Source: an uncultured Actinomycetota bacterium (lineage in GTDB: Bacteria; Actinomycetota; Humimicrobiia; Humimicrobiales; Humimicrobiaceae). From it: a stretch of DNA of 28,227 nucleotides. Positions 1-9,092 of the stretch are shown in pieces. Location: NCBI GenBank assembly GCA_964414685.1, contig CAYPXQ010000030.1:1-28227 (forward strand), given 5' to 3'. A program made the position numbers and the translations under genes. Each line of letters starts with the position of its first letter. Within the stretch, counting starts at the first letter, position 1. The notes under the pieces are model-generated. The model saw only the letters and a list, made by a program, of their open reading frames with translations, ran no database searches and was not told where the DNA came from.

Positions 1-1
1 A

Positions 2-109
2 GCTTTTCATACTGGCTGCCAATTATTTATTACTAATGATATTGCTTTAAAGAAGATCAAAACTGACCTGCTCCAGATAATCATACTGGATGATTATCTC
101 GTATCTTAA
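2..109 (+). CDS. C-terminal fragment of a PIN-domain (VapC-like) protein, truncated by the window edge
   Basis: Not in the ORF track. Manual translation gives AFHTGCQLFITNDIALKKIKTDLLQIIILDDYLVS*. The 'GC..FITND..L' and 'I.ILDD' tail resembles PIN-domain C-termini. Confidence 0.6.
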   Translation, partial: AFHTGCQLFITNDIALKKIKTDLLQIIILDDYLVS

Positions 110-211
110 TTGTGGATCTACATGACTAGCGGCAAATAATCTAGTTCAGGTTAAGGCCAGCATTCATAAAATAAGTGACCAGAATATCCAAGAATTTAAC
201 AGTAAATAACC

Positions 212-1291
212 TTATCTCTTAACCCTGGCATTACCCTCCCAGATGCTCCAGATCTGCTCTTCGGCTACAGGATTTGAATAGTCGGTAAGAAGGGTAGCTA
301 CAAAAGCACCATTGGCCCAGCCGAACTTTATCCATTTTTCCGGCTCCCAGCCCTTAAGTATCCCATAGAGCATGCCGCCCACAAAACCATCGCCTCCACC
401 TATGCGGTCCAGTACTTCTATTGGTCTTGGCTCTATTACATGCCAGTTTTTTCCTTCTGCCATAATGGCTCCCCAGAGATGGCTGTTGGCACTTATTACC
501 TGTCTTAGCGTGGTCGCAAAGACTGAAGTGTCGGGATATTCCTTCTTTGTCCTTTCTATCATCTCCTTAAAACAGTCTATCTTGGCAGCAATTTTTTTCC
601 CTCCGGCTTCGGGACCTTCTATACACAGACAAAGCTGGCAGTCTTCTTCATTTCCCACCAGGATATCTGATAGTGATGCTATCTCAGAAAACTTATCATT
701 CAGCTCTTCTTCCCGGCCTTTCCAGAAGCTGGACCGGTAGTTAAGATCAAAGGATACTACGGTAGCGTATTTTTTGGCAGTTCTGGCAAGCTCGAGACAG
801 AAGTCAGTGGTCTCTTTGGATATTGCAGCTATAAGACCTGAAAGGTGTATTATGCTAACTCCTTCCTGGCCAAATATCCTGTCCAGGTCGAAGTCATCTG
901 TACTCAATGTTCTTCCCACTTCACCTGCCCTGTCATTTGCTACCCTGGGTCCGCGGACTCCATAGCCGGAATCGGCAATATTTATCTGGTGGCGATACCC
1001 CCAGGGTCCTCCCTTATCTATATCTTTTCCTTCATAATCCATATGACGGGACCTTAGGTCTGACTTGATCTTAGCTGATATAGGACTGTCCTTTACAAAA
1101 GCGGTAAGCACTTTTACCGGAAGTCCGAGACATGAGGAGACACTGGCTACATTGGTCTCGGCACTGGTGACCTGCATATTGAATATCGAGCTAGAGTGTA
1201 CCGCCTGTCTGTCTGCAGGCGTTATCCTGAGCCCCATACTGGTGGGTACAATTAGAGAATATTTACAGTCTTTTTTTATGTTTATTGTCAT
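212..1291 (-). CDS. PfkB/ribokinase-family sugar-acid kinase (KdgK-like; possibly gluconate kinase in this context)
   Basis: SAETNVA N-terminal motif, SFDLNYR, GNEED and anion hole DRIGGGDGFVGG. SD GGAGGAGG upstream of the ATG. Confidence 0.85.
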   Translation of the reverse strand: MTINIKKDCKYSLIVPTSMGLRITPADRQAVHSSSIFNMQVTSAETNVASVSSCLGLPVKVLTAFVKDSPISAKIKSDLRSRHMDYEGKDIDKGGPWGYRHQINIADSGYGVRGPRVANDRAGEVGRTLSTDDFDLDRIFGQEGVSIIHLSGLIAAISKETTDFCLELARTAKKYATVVSFDLNYRSSFWKGREEELNDKFSEIASLSDILVGNEEDCQLCLCIEGPEAGGKKIAAKIDCFKEMIERTKKEYPDTSVFATTLRQVISANSHLWGAIMAEGKNWHVIEPRPIEVLDRIGGGDGFVGGMLYGILKGWEPEKWIKFGWANGAFVATLLTDYSNPVAEEQIWSIWEGNARVKR

Positions 1292-1318
1292 AAAACCTCC
1301 TCCATTAGAAACTGGTTA

Positions 1319-2584
1319 TCATTTTTTTAATTCATAAAGATATTTTCCGCCCTCTTCTATCCAGAGCTTTCCCGGACTATTAAAGTCATTTTTTATAATA
1401 GTGGAAGGATTCCTGTAACCCAGACCAACTTTTTTACATTTATCCTCAGGTATTGAAGTAGCCAGAGTGACCTTAAAAGCCAGGTCTTCCTTTCTGGTCT
1501 CAGGGTCAAATATACCCGGACCGCATACATTGATAAGGTGAGAAGCAGCATTTCTTGAAATATTAGCAGCATTTTTCATAAGACTGCATATATGATCCCG
1601 GCAATGATACCCTAAAGAAAAGAGGTCTTCTTCTATATCAGGGTTGGTATGGAAACACTTTATATGGGGGGCATATATTATTACTTCAGCGCCTTTTTTT
1701 AATACTCCCGGCTTCTGAAGCTTGTATGAACCTTTGCCAGCAAGCCATATTTCATCATAGTTGGAAGGGATTTCCTGAACTACCTGGGAGAGAGGGCTTT
1801 CCAGATATTTTATATGGACCTTTGACGAAGCCCCTGCTGCCTTTCTATAGGCACTTATAAATCCATCATAATCTTTATCTATATAAAGGCCCGTAGGTAC
1901 CGCTCCTGATCTTGATTCTATATTTACCATATTATATGAATATATGGGGCATTTAATATTAGAAAAAATAGCCCTTGCTCCAGCATTTATAATATCCCTT
2001 CCATTATTATCCACAGTCCCCAATATCTTTGGTATTCCTACAAGCACCGCCGCCCAGTGGAAAGCATCTATGACTTCGGGTCCCGATATCCCGGGAAAGA
2101 ATATCTTCAACCCCCCTGAATATCCTGCTGCCTCATGAGGAACAGTTCCTGAAAGGGCAATAATCAAATCATAATCAGAAAAAATAAGCTTATTAACAGT
2201 TATTTTTATTTCTGAGGCAAGCATTCCTTCGGTTTTTTCTTTTACCAGACAGCTATCTATCTTACCTGTGGTTGCAAGGCAGGAGGGGTCTGAGAATGAG
2301 TGATTTAAAAATTTTATATTCCTGAAAGGGACAAGATCCAGCTTTTTTACAAACTCTTCTTGCATCATAGGTCTGTGAGTGCCGCCGGCATTTAGAAAAT
2401 CTATTCTGGAATCCTGATATCTTTCTGCTATAGAAGGAGCTATCATATGGGAAAAGTCAATCCTGGTATAGTCGGGAAATAGCACCAAGATCTTTTTTGC
2501 AGGGGGCAGGTCTTTGAGGCTTTCCCTTATAAACCGGGAAAGCCTTTGATCCTCTATAATCGCCTTACCGTCTAAATATTTCAT
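1319..2584 (-). CDS. LarA-family (lactate racemase domain, DUF2088) nickel-pincer hydroxy-acid racemase/epimerase; putative mannonate/gluconate 2-epimerase
   Basis: Motifs PDYTR, GGTHRPM, NH, VPHEAAGYSGGLKIFFPG, FHW and WLAGK match LarA active-site and NPN-anchoring positions. ATG directly abuts the gnd stop (TAGATG). Confidence 0.85.
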   Translation of the reverse strand: MKYLDGKAIIEDQRLSRFIRESLKDLPPAKKILVLFPDYTRIDFSHMIAPSIAERYQDSRIDFLNAGGTHRPMMQEEFVKKLDLVPFRNIKFLNHSFSDPSCLATTGKIDSCLVKEKTEGMLASEIKITVNKLIFSDYDLIIALSGTVPHEAAGYSGGLKIFFPGISGPEVIDAFHWAAVLVGIPKILGTVDNNGRDIINAGARAIFSNIKCPIYSYNMVNIESRSGAVPTGLYIDKDYDGFISAYRKAAGASSKVHIKYLESPLSQVVQEIPSNYDEIWLAGKGSYKLQKPGVLKKGAEVIIYAPHIKCFHTNPDIEEDLFSLGYHCRDHICSLMKNAANISRNAASHLINVCGPGIFDPETRKEDLAFKVTLATSIPEDKCKKVGLGYRNPSTIIKNDFNSPGKLWIEEGGKYLYELKK

Positions 2585-4066
2585 CTATAGCTTTTTTTCC
2601 GGTCTATTATCTTCCATCCATTCGGTATGATATTCCTGATAGGAACCATCTTCCTTTAGTCCTATTTTTAGACTGCCCTCTTCAAGCTTGAAATAACCAT
2701 GAGCTCCAAAAAAGTCTCTTTGCTGTGCTGCTACCTGTGCTGATACCATAACTGATGAAGCTAGCTGAAGTATATAATCATAAGAACAGCTCATAGCCAG
2801 TGTCGGTACCCCCACATTATGTGCTACTTCTATGAAAACCTTCAGGCTGGAAAGATTCTTATTTATAAACTCTCTAAATGAGGGAGCCGCAATAAGATTA
2901 GATAGATCCTTGTTTCTGGCATATTCTTCTGTTATCCGTGATAGGAATCCTGCCCGTATTATGCATCCTCCCCTCCAGCCAGCAGAAATGGTGCCCATGT
3001 CTAATTCCCAGCCGTATTTTCTTGATGCTGCTCCCATCAAGGCAAAACCCTGGGCATATGATGATATTTTGGCAATATACAATGCGTCATGAGCTACTTT
3101 TATAAATTTATCAGGGTTCTCACTGAAGCTTTCCTGAATTACTTTTAGCTTTTCCGATACCGATAATCTTATATTCTTGTCCTGGCTCATCTCCCTTGAG
3201 AAAACCGCCGAGGCTATAGTGGGTATGGGGACCAGAAGTTCAAGGGCTGATGCTACTGTCCAGGTGCCTGTCCCTTTCATGCGGGTGATATCTGCTGTGA
3301 CATCTACCAGATATCTATCTGAGGATTTTTCTTTTTCCTTCATACCCTGACCGGTTATCTCTATAAGGTAGGAGGACAGGATACCTGAAGGATCGTTCCA
3401 TTGTGTCATTATTTCTGAGATCTTTGCTGCATCATATCCCAGAGCCGATTTTAAAGCCCATGCGGTCTCTCCTATTAGCTGCATATCACCATATTCTATG
3501 CCATTGTGCACCATCTTTACGAAATGGCCGGCTCCATCTTCACCAATATGGCATACACATGGTTGGCCGTCTTGGGCTTTGGCTGATATTCTCTCAAATA
3601 TGTCTTTTACCATGGCGTATGCTGCCTTTGTGCCTCCCGGCATAATAGCAGGGCCCAAAAGCGCTCCTTCTTCTCCTCCGGATATCCCTGTACCTATATA
3701 AAGTATGCCCTTTTCTTTAAGGTATTTTTCCCTTCTTATAGTATCCGTATAAAGTGAATTGCCTCCGTCTATTATGAGGTCTCCAGATGAGAGTAAAGGT
3801 ATTAGTTCTTTTATATTGTCATCTACTGGTTTTCCTGCCTTTACCATAAGCATTATCTTGCGAGGTCTTTTAAGAGAATCTACGAGTTCTTTAAAGGTGT
3901 AGGCAGCTTTTATATTTTTGCCTTTTGCTTTGCCGCTGATGAACTCTTTGGTACGCTCGCCTGTCCTGTTATATACTGCTGCTGAATATCCTTTGGACTC
4001 TATATTCAGGACTAGATTCTGCCCCATTACTGCAAGACCGATAAGTCCTATGTCATACTGCTGCAT
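2585..4066 (-). CDS. gnd: 6-phosphogluconate dehydrogenase, decarboxylating (NADP-type)
   Basis: IGLIGLAVMGQNL, YNRT, KMVHNGIEYGDMQL, KGTG, WRGGCIIRA, QRDFFGAH. Confidence 0.97.
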   Translation of the reverse strand: MQQYDIGLIGLAVMGQNLVLNIESKGYSAAVYNRTGERTKEFISGKAKGKNIKAAYTFKELVDSLKRPRKIMLMVKAGKPVDDNIKELIPLLSSGDLIIDGGNSLYTDTIRREKYLKEKGILYIGTGISGGEEGALLGPAIMPGGTKAAYAMVKDIFERISAKAQDGQPCVCHIGEDGAGHFVKMVHNGIEYGDMQLIGETAWALKSALGYDAAKISEIMTQWNDPSGILSSYLIEITGQGMKEKEKSSDRYLVDVTADITRMKGTGTWTVASALELLVPIPTIASAVFSREMSQDKNIRLSVSEKLKVIQESFSENPDKFIKVAHDALYIAKISSYAQGFALMGAASRKYGWELDMGTISAGWRGGCIIRAGFLSRITEEYARNKDLSNLIAAPSFREFINKNLSSLKVFIEVAHNVGVPTLAMSCSYDYILQLASSVMVSAQVAAQQRDFFGAHGYFKLEEGSLKIGLKEDGSYQEYHTEWMEDNRPEKKL

Positions 4067-4087
4067 ATGTATCTCCTTAAACTAGAT

Positions 4088-4912
4088 TTATATTCCCGAA
4101 AATGCTGAAAATCCCCCGTCTATGGGGATTATTGTGCCGGATACAAAGGCTGAAGCATCGGATGCCAGCCAGATCACTGCTCCTGCCAGGTCCTCCGCTT
4201 TCCCAAAACGGGCCATTGGGGTATGGGATATTATAGCCTTACCCCTTTCGGTAAACTTCTCGTCTTTATCAAAAAGAAGGAAGTGGTTCTGCCGAGTTAA
4301 AAAAAATCCCGGAGCTATGGCATTTACCCTCAAGTTCCTGTTATACTCCTGGGCAAAATGTACCGCCAGCCACTGCGTAAAGTTGGATACAGCAGCCTTG
4401 GCCGCTGAATAGCCTGGTATCCTGGTAAGGGGGCGGAAAGCATTCATGGAAGATATGTTTATTATGGATCCCCCTTCTTTGTTACCTGCCATAGTCTTAC
4501 CGAATACCTGGGCTGGAAGAATGGCTCCCCCGAATAGATTTAGGGAAATAACCTTTTCTAAGGCACTGAGGGGAAGGTCAAAAAATGAGAGCTCTTCTGA
4601 TGTGGTAGCAGCTTTTTGGTTTCCTCCGGCAGCACTTACCAGTATATCTATTTTGCCCATATCAGAAAGTACAGCGTCATGGCACTTTTCTATCTCTTCC
4701 TTTTTGAGGACATTTATATAGTAGCCTGCTGCATCTATTCCGCTACCTTTAAGACCCGCTATCAACTCTTCGCTGTCAACGATATCGCATATAGCCACTC
4801 TGGCACCAGCTTTGCCCAGGATAAGCGATATTTCCCGGCCCAGGACACCGGCTCCGCCAGTTACAATAGCTGTTTTTCCAGTTAGGTCAAATATCTCCAG
4901 ATAATCATTCAT
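4088..4912 (-). CDS. uxuB: SDR-family D-mannonate oxidoreductase / fructuronate reductase
   Basis: TGGAGVLG, NISSMNAFRPLTRIPGYSAAK, RVNAIAPGFFL, HTPMARFG; directly downstream of uxaE. Start moved from 4927 to the ATG at 4912, which has AAGGA 6 nt upstream. Confidence 0.85.
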   Translation of the reverse strand: MNDYLEIFDLTGKTAIVTGGAGVLGREISLILGKAGARVAICDIVDSEELIAGLKGSGIDAAGYYINVLKKEEIEKCHDAVLSDMGKIDILVSAAGGNQKAATTSEELSFFDLPLSALEKVISLNLFGGAILPAQVFGKTMAGNKEGGSIINISSMNAFRPLTRIPGYSAAKAAVSNFTQWLAVHFAQEYNRNLRVNAIAPGFFLTRQNHFLLFDKDEKFTERGKAIISHTPMARFGKAEDLAGAVIWLASDASAFVSGTIIPIDGGFSAFSGI

Positions 4913-4923
4913 AATTTGTCCTT

Positions 4924-6408
4924 TCATGCAAGCAGTTCCAGATGTTTTTTGATATTATCTTCTACATACTTGTAGTGCAGTTCTTCATTTTTAAACAATA
5001 CATCCAGAAGCCTCTTTTTAAGCTCTGTATAGGTCAGAATAGTTCCAAATGTCACATGGAGCATCTGCCTTGATTCATGTATATCGAGATAATTTTTAAG
5101 TTTTTTGTCATCAGTCTTTCCAATATCTGATAGTTTCGATGTATCTGTAGTAAGGTGATACGAATCCCTGTCTTTTTCAAAGCTTTCAAGACTTATTGTG
5201 TAGATCTTCCGGAATAGATCAGGGTCAAGCTCTGAAATAACTCTTATGGCTTCAAGGTAACTGGTTCCGGCCGTCTTTATATGAAATTTTCCCTCACAGA
5301 TTCTGGCAAACACAGGGTAAGTCGATAGCTTCTCACTGCCGGAATGAAGTGAAAGTTTATAGCCACCAAATATTTCTAATATTTTTGCATGTTCGCTTAA
5401 TTGGTTTTCTAAATCATTTAAATCACCTTTAAAATCTATAGCTTTTTCCCATTTTCCAGGAAAACGCAGAGCAAGATTATTGAATCTAACTCCAAGTCTC
5501 ATAAGCTCGCTACTGATAAAATAATGTTCCAGTGGTGTTACTTCCGTTTCTGTTTCATCCATAGATACTTCGAAATCAAAAGGCCTATTTGTATAGCTAT
5601 TAAGAAAACTATGAAGTTCCGCTACATTATTTATAGATCTTTCATATTTCACAGCCATGACGGCAAGAATATCCTTATCAATTAGATACTTCTTTTTCCC
5701 CAGATTAATTATTTTACCAAGATATGTTTTTTCAATTAGAGTCCTGTCATCAATATGGTTGTATAGACTTTTTATCTTCTCATTTGATAAATTTTGTATA
5801 CACATAACATTATCCGAAGGATCCACTGTAAACATATTAAACCCTGCATCTACAGCATCTTTTAGATCTTCTTTATTCTTTACATGATCAGCATCAGCTC
5901 CAAATCCCTGATCTGAGCCAGATTCAAAATAGCCCCATAAGCCAGTGGCCATAACATCACACCAATTTTTCCCAGTTCTATTAAGCTCCCTTGCAGATTG
6001 CTGGATAAGTACAGGAAAAATGTCTACATCGCTGAATGCTTTTATATGGGCAGCCGTGACCATACCAAGCCTGTCTCCGGTTCCGAAAGATGCTCTTTTA
6101 TTACAGACCACAGGCCCAGCATCCGTAAAAAAATCTCTGAGAATTTTTAAATTCATATATGTTAATGGACATATTTTAATAATATTTCTTTTTTTCCCTA
6201 TTTGAACATTGTCTATAACTTTACCCTCAAATTGTTCTAAATCCTTGAAATCTTCTATAACAAAAAGAAGTTTTTCATAAGAACTTTTACCGATTAAAAA
6301 AGCTTTATTTTTTTTTACCCTCAAAGAATTTAAATAAAATGAGTATTTAAGACCATTGATCTTTTGAATTATTCCTAAAATGCTGTTTTTATCCAATTTA
6401 ATATCCAA
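4924..6408 (-). CDS. uxaE: Tagaturonate/fructuronate epimerase
   Basis: SFGTGDRLG, QQSAREL.RTG, GADADH, FEVSMDET, LSLHSGS, HIKTAGTSYLEA, RQMLHVTFG. TTG start. Confidence 0.92.
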   Translation of the reverse strand: MDIKLDKNSILGIIQKINGLKYSFYLNSLRVKKNKAFLIGKSSYEKLLFVIEDFKDLEQFEGKVIDNVQIGKKRNIIKICPLTYMNLKILRDFFTDAGPVVCNKRASFGTGDRLGMVTAAHIKAFSDVDIFPVLIQQSARELNRTGKNWCDVMATGLWGYFESGSDQGFGADADHVKNKEDLKDAVDAGFNMFTVDPSDNVMCIQNLSNEKIKSLYNHIDDRTLIEKTYLGKIINLGKKKYLIDKDILAVMAVKYERSINNVAELHSFLNSYTNRPFDFEVSMDETETEVTPLEHYFISSELMRLGVRFNNLALRFPGKWEKAIDFKGDLNDLENQLSEHAKILEIFGGYKLSLHSGSEKLSTYPVFARICEGKFHIKTAGTSYLEAIRVISELDPDLFRKIYTISLESFEKDRDSYHLTTDTSKLSDIGKTDDKKLKNYLDIHESRQMLHVTFGTILTYTELKKRLLDVLFKNEELHYKYVEDNIKKHLELLA

Positions 6409-6469
6409 CCAGTTTATATTTTAATTTGAAGCTTATTGAATTCTGCTGCAGATAAAATTAATTATTGTT

Positions 6470-7495
6470 TTAGCCCCTTATATCTGCCACCGATTCTCTA
6501 ATAATCATCCTGGACTTTAGCCTTATTTTTTTATAATTCCTCTCAGAGGGGTTATCGATTCTTTTGAGGATCAGGTCGCAGGCATTCTTTGCAGCTTTAT
6601 ATAATGGTAACTTAGCAGTTGTCAGTCTAGGCACGCAAACGTTTGTAATGGGCATTCCGTCAAAACCGATAATTGATATATCGCCCGGGATCTTTAATCC
6701 TTCATCAAGAGCTCCCCTGATTGCGCCAATAGCAATTATGTCATTAAGGGCAACTATCGCTGTAAGGTCTCTTTTTCTTTTGATCAATTCTTTAGCTGCG
6801 TATGCTCCCGCCCTATAATCAAAATTACCTGCCCTTATTATTAATTCTTCATTATAAATCTTGTATTTTTTTAGTGCATCTATGTATCCATTTCTTTGAT
6901 CAACGCTATGGGAATGATCCAGCGGCCTATCGATATAGCCGATATTTTTATGGCCCCTATTAATCAGATAATTTGTAATCTCATTTGATCCAGAATAATA
7001 ATCAAATAATACCGAATCTACTTCAAAACCAGCTATTTCCCTATCCAGGAACAACAAGGGCACATTCAAGCTTTTTATTTCAGAAAAAGGCTCCGGTTCT
7101 CTTTCTATGGGTATGATAATGATCCCATCTACTTTTTTGGTTAATAATGTTTTTATAGCATCTAATTCTACCTGTAAAATATTAGAAGTATTAACAATTA
7201 TTAAATTATATTTTTTCAGGAACAATATTCTTTGAATATTTTCGGTCAGTTTTCCAAAGGTTTCATTTGATATGCTAGGGATTACCAAACCAATAGAATA
7301 TGTCCTATGACCTTTTAAACTCCTAAGCAATAAATTTGGATAGTATTTTAATTCTTTTATTGCCTGATTTACCCTATCGGTAACCTCTTCGCTAACATAC
7401 CGGGTTTTATTGATCACGTGAGAAACAGTAGCTACTGAAACTCCAGCTCTTTCTGCAACATCTTTAATTGACGTTCTTTTTTTATTCAGAATCAT
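6470..7495 (-). CDS. LacI-family transcriptional regulator (PurR/RbsR-like HTH)
   Basis: SIKDVAERAGVSVATVSHVINKTRYVS HTH, then a periplasmic-binding-type domain with IPGDISIIGFD and LTT. Confidence 0.95.
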   Translation of the reverse strand: MILNKKRTSIKDVAERAGVSVATVSHVINKTRYVSEEVTDRVNQAIKELKYYPNLLLRSLKGHRTYSIGLVIPSISNETFGKLTENIQRILFLKKYNLIIVNTSNILQVELDAIKTLLTKKVDGIIIIPIEREPEPFSEIKSLNVPLLFLDREIAGFEVDSVLFDYYSGSNEITNYLINRGHKNIGYIDRPLDHSHSVDQRNGYIDALKKYKIYNEELIIRAGNFDYRAGAYAAKELIKRKRDLTAIVALNDIIAIGAIRGALDEGLKIPGDISIIGFDGMPITNVCVPRLTTAKLPLYKAAKNACDLILKRIDNPSERNYKKIRLKSRMIIRESVADIRG

Positions 7496-7573
7496 AGTAT
7501 ATTCAGAATTATAAATTAAAAACTTAATATTTATATTTAAATATAAATTCTAATAAAAATCTTGATTTTATTT

Positions 7574-9052
7574 TTAATATTTATCATTTTGTAAAAAAGT
7601 GGATACAATTTTATTTATCTCTTTTATTTTATCTTCGGATAAACAATACTGATCTTTCTTTTTTCTATTCTTTTTGATTTCTTCATATGCTTTTTCCTCT
7701 ATTGTTTTTAACTTTTTAGTATTCCATGTATTCCAAGAAATACGATCCGGGAGATCAGAAAGATAGAACTCTTTTCTAAAATTTTCTATTGTATGCGGAC
7801 TTGACATATAGTTTCCTCCTGGGCTAATTTCATTTATCAGATCGAGAGCTAATGTGTCTTCATTAACTTCAAAACCTTTGATTATTCTTCTTATATATCC
7901 AATTATTTCATTATCAATTACTAACTGGACTGGAGAAAAAGTTATTCCGCCTGGTTCCAGGTTACCTAAGGTTCCGATACCTTCTGCCCCAAACATTATA
8001 GGAGTTATAGATGACAGCGCTTTCTCGAAACCAGCCTGTATATTAGGAATGCATGAGTCAGTTTTACCAGCATGCACACCAGTTGGGCATCCATAGAATC
8101 CATGGAGCATCTGGGTCATTCCTGCAACCAGGGTCATCTTGTCTGGAGAGGCGTAGGGAAAAGCAAATGTTTTCATATCAATAGCACTGGGGTTTAAGAT
8201 TATTCCCATCCTTACGTCAGGGTTTACAGCAAATCCCAGCACAACGCTGGCTATGCTTTCAGCTAAACCCAAGGCTATTGTGGAGGCCAATGTTGCTGGC
8301 GCAGTAGTGCCTGAGCAAGGCATGGTGTCATTTGCCTGTGGAAATCCTAATTTTGCATATTCAATAAAAATATCTGACATATTTTTATCAAAACAAAGTG
8401 GAGACCTTGTTTCAGCATAACCAATTAATAAGGGGGTTTTTATGCTGTTTTCTCTTGAACCAGATATCAGGTCACACATCTCTGCTATCGCATGCACATC
8501 ACGTTTATTCCAGGTTTCTATTCCTCCCAGTTTTTTAGTTCTTTTTAAAAGCTCTGCTGTCATTTTTATTGGTCTTTCACTAAAAGGTATCTCCTGGGCA
8601 GAGCAGGGCAAACCAACCATATCTATATTTTCAAGCGAATCAGCAAGTTCTATTCCGTCTATTACATCTTCCATTGTGGCTTTTCTTCTTGTATTATCCT
8701 TATCTAAAACAAACATACTGAAGCCCCCTGCATTGGCAGTAAAATCAGTATGCACTTGATAATTTCTCTTGGTGAAAAAAGTCCTGGAATACCTATTATT
8801 TGAGAAGGCCTCCTCACTATCATCAGAATATTTTTGTTTCATCAAATCTATATAATTCTGAGAAATTTTTTTAGGGAAACGCACAATTTTTGTTCCGTTA
8901 TTAACCCTGCAGCCTGCTTGCTTATAATAATCCCGCGCTTCTTGTGCTTCTATCCACATTCCGGTATTCTGCAATATATCCAAAGCTGCACTATGAAGCT
9001 TTTCCATCTCAATATCTGAAAATAATTTTAATATTCCTTTTACTGATCCCAT
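7574..9052 (-). CDS. Trimethylamine methyltransferase (MttB) superfamily protein, non-pyrrolysine
   Basis: H..AL.IL...G N-terminus, SPLCFD, PCSGTTAPATLA, QAGFEK, TFSPVQLVIDNEI, GGNYMS.PHT. SD AGGAG. Confidence 0.9.
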   Translation of the reverse strand: MGSVKGILKLFSDIEMEKLHSAALDILQNTGMWIEAQEARDYYKQAGCRVNNGTKIVRFPKKISQNYIDLMKQKYSDDSEEAFSNNRYSRTFFTKRNYQVHTDFTANAGGFSMFVLDKDNTRRKATMEDVIDGIELADSLENIDMVGLPCSAQEIPFSERPIKMTAELLKRTKKLGGIETWNKRDVHAIAEMCDLISGSRENSIKTPLLIGYAETRSPLCFDKNMSDIFIEYAKLGFPQANDTMPCSGTTAPATLASTIALGLAESIASVVLGFAVNPDVRMGIILNPSAIDMKTFAFPYASPDKMTLVAGMTQMLHGFYGCPTGVHAGKTDSCIPNIQAGFEKALSSITPIMFGAEGIGTLGNLEPGGITFSPVQLVIDNEIIGYIRRIIKGFEVNEDTLALDLINEISPGGNYMSSPHTIENFRKEFYLSDLPDRISWNTWNTKKLKTIEEKAYEEIKKNRKKKDQYCLSEDKIKEINKIVSTFLQNDKY

Positions 9053-9092
9053 TTTGCTCCTAAAATCCTTAAAAAGTTAGATGATTCTCGGT

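Noticed and set aside
7529-7548. Perfect 20-bp palindrome ATTTATATTTAAATATAAAT upstream of lacI
   Set aside because: A/T only, in an extremely AT-rich spacer, so weak evidence alone; an operator role is not excluded.
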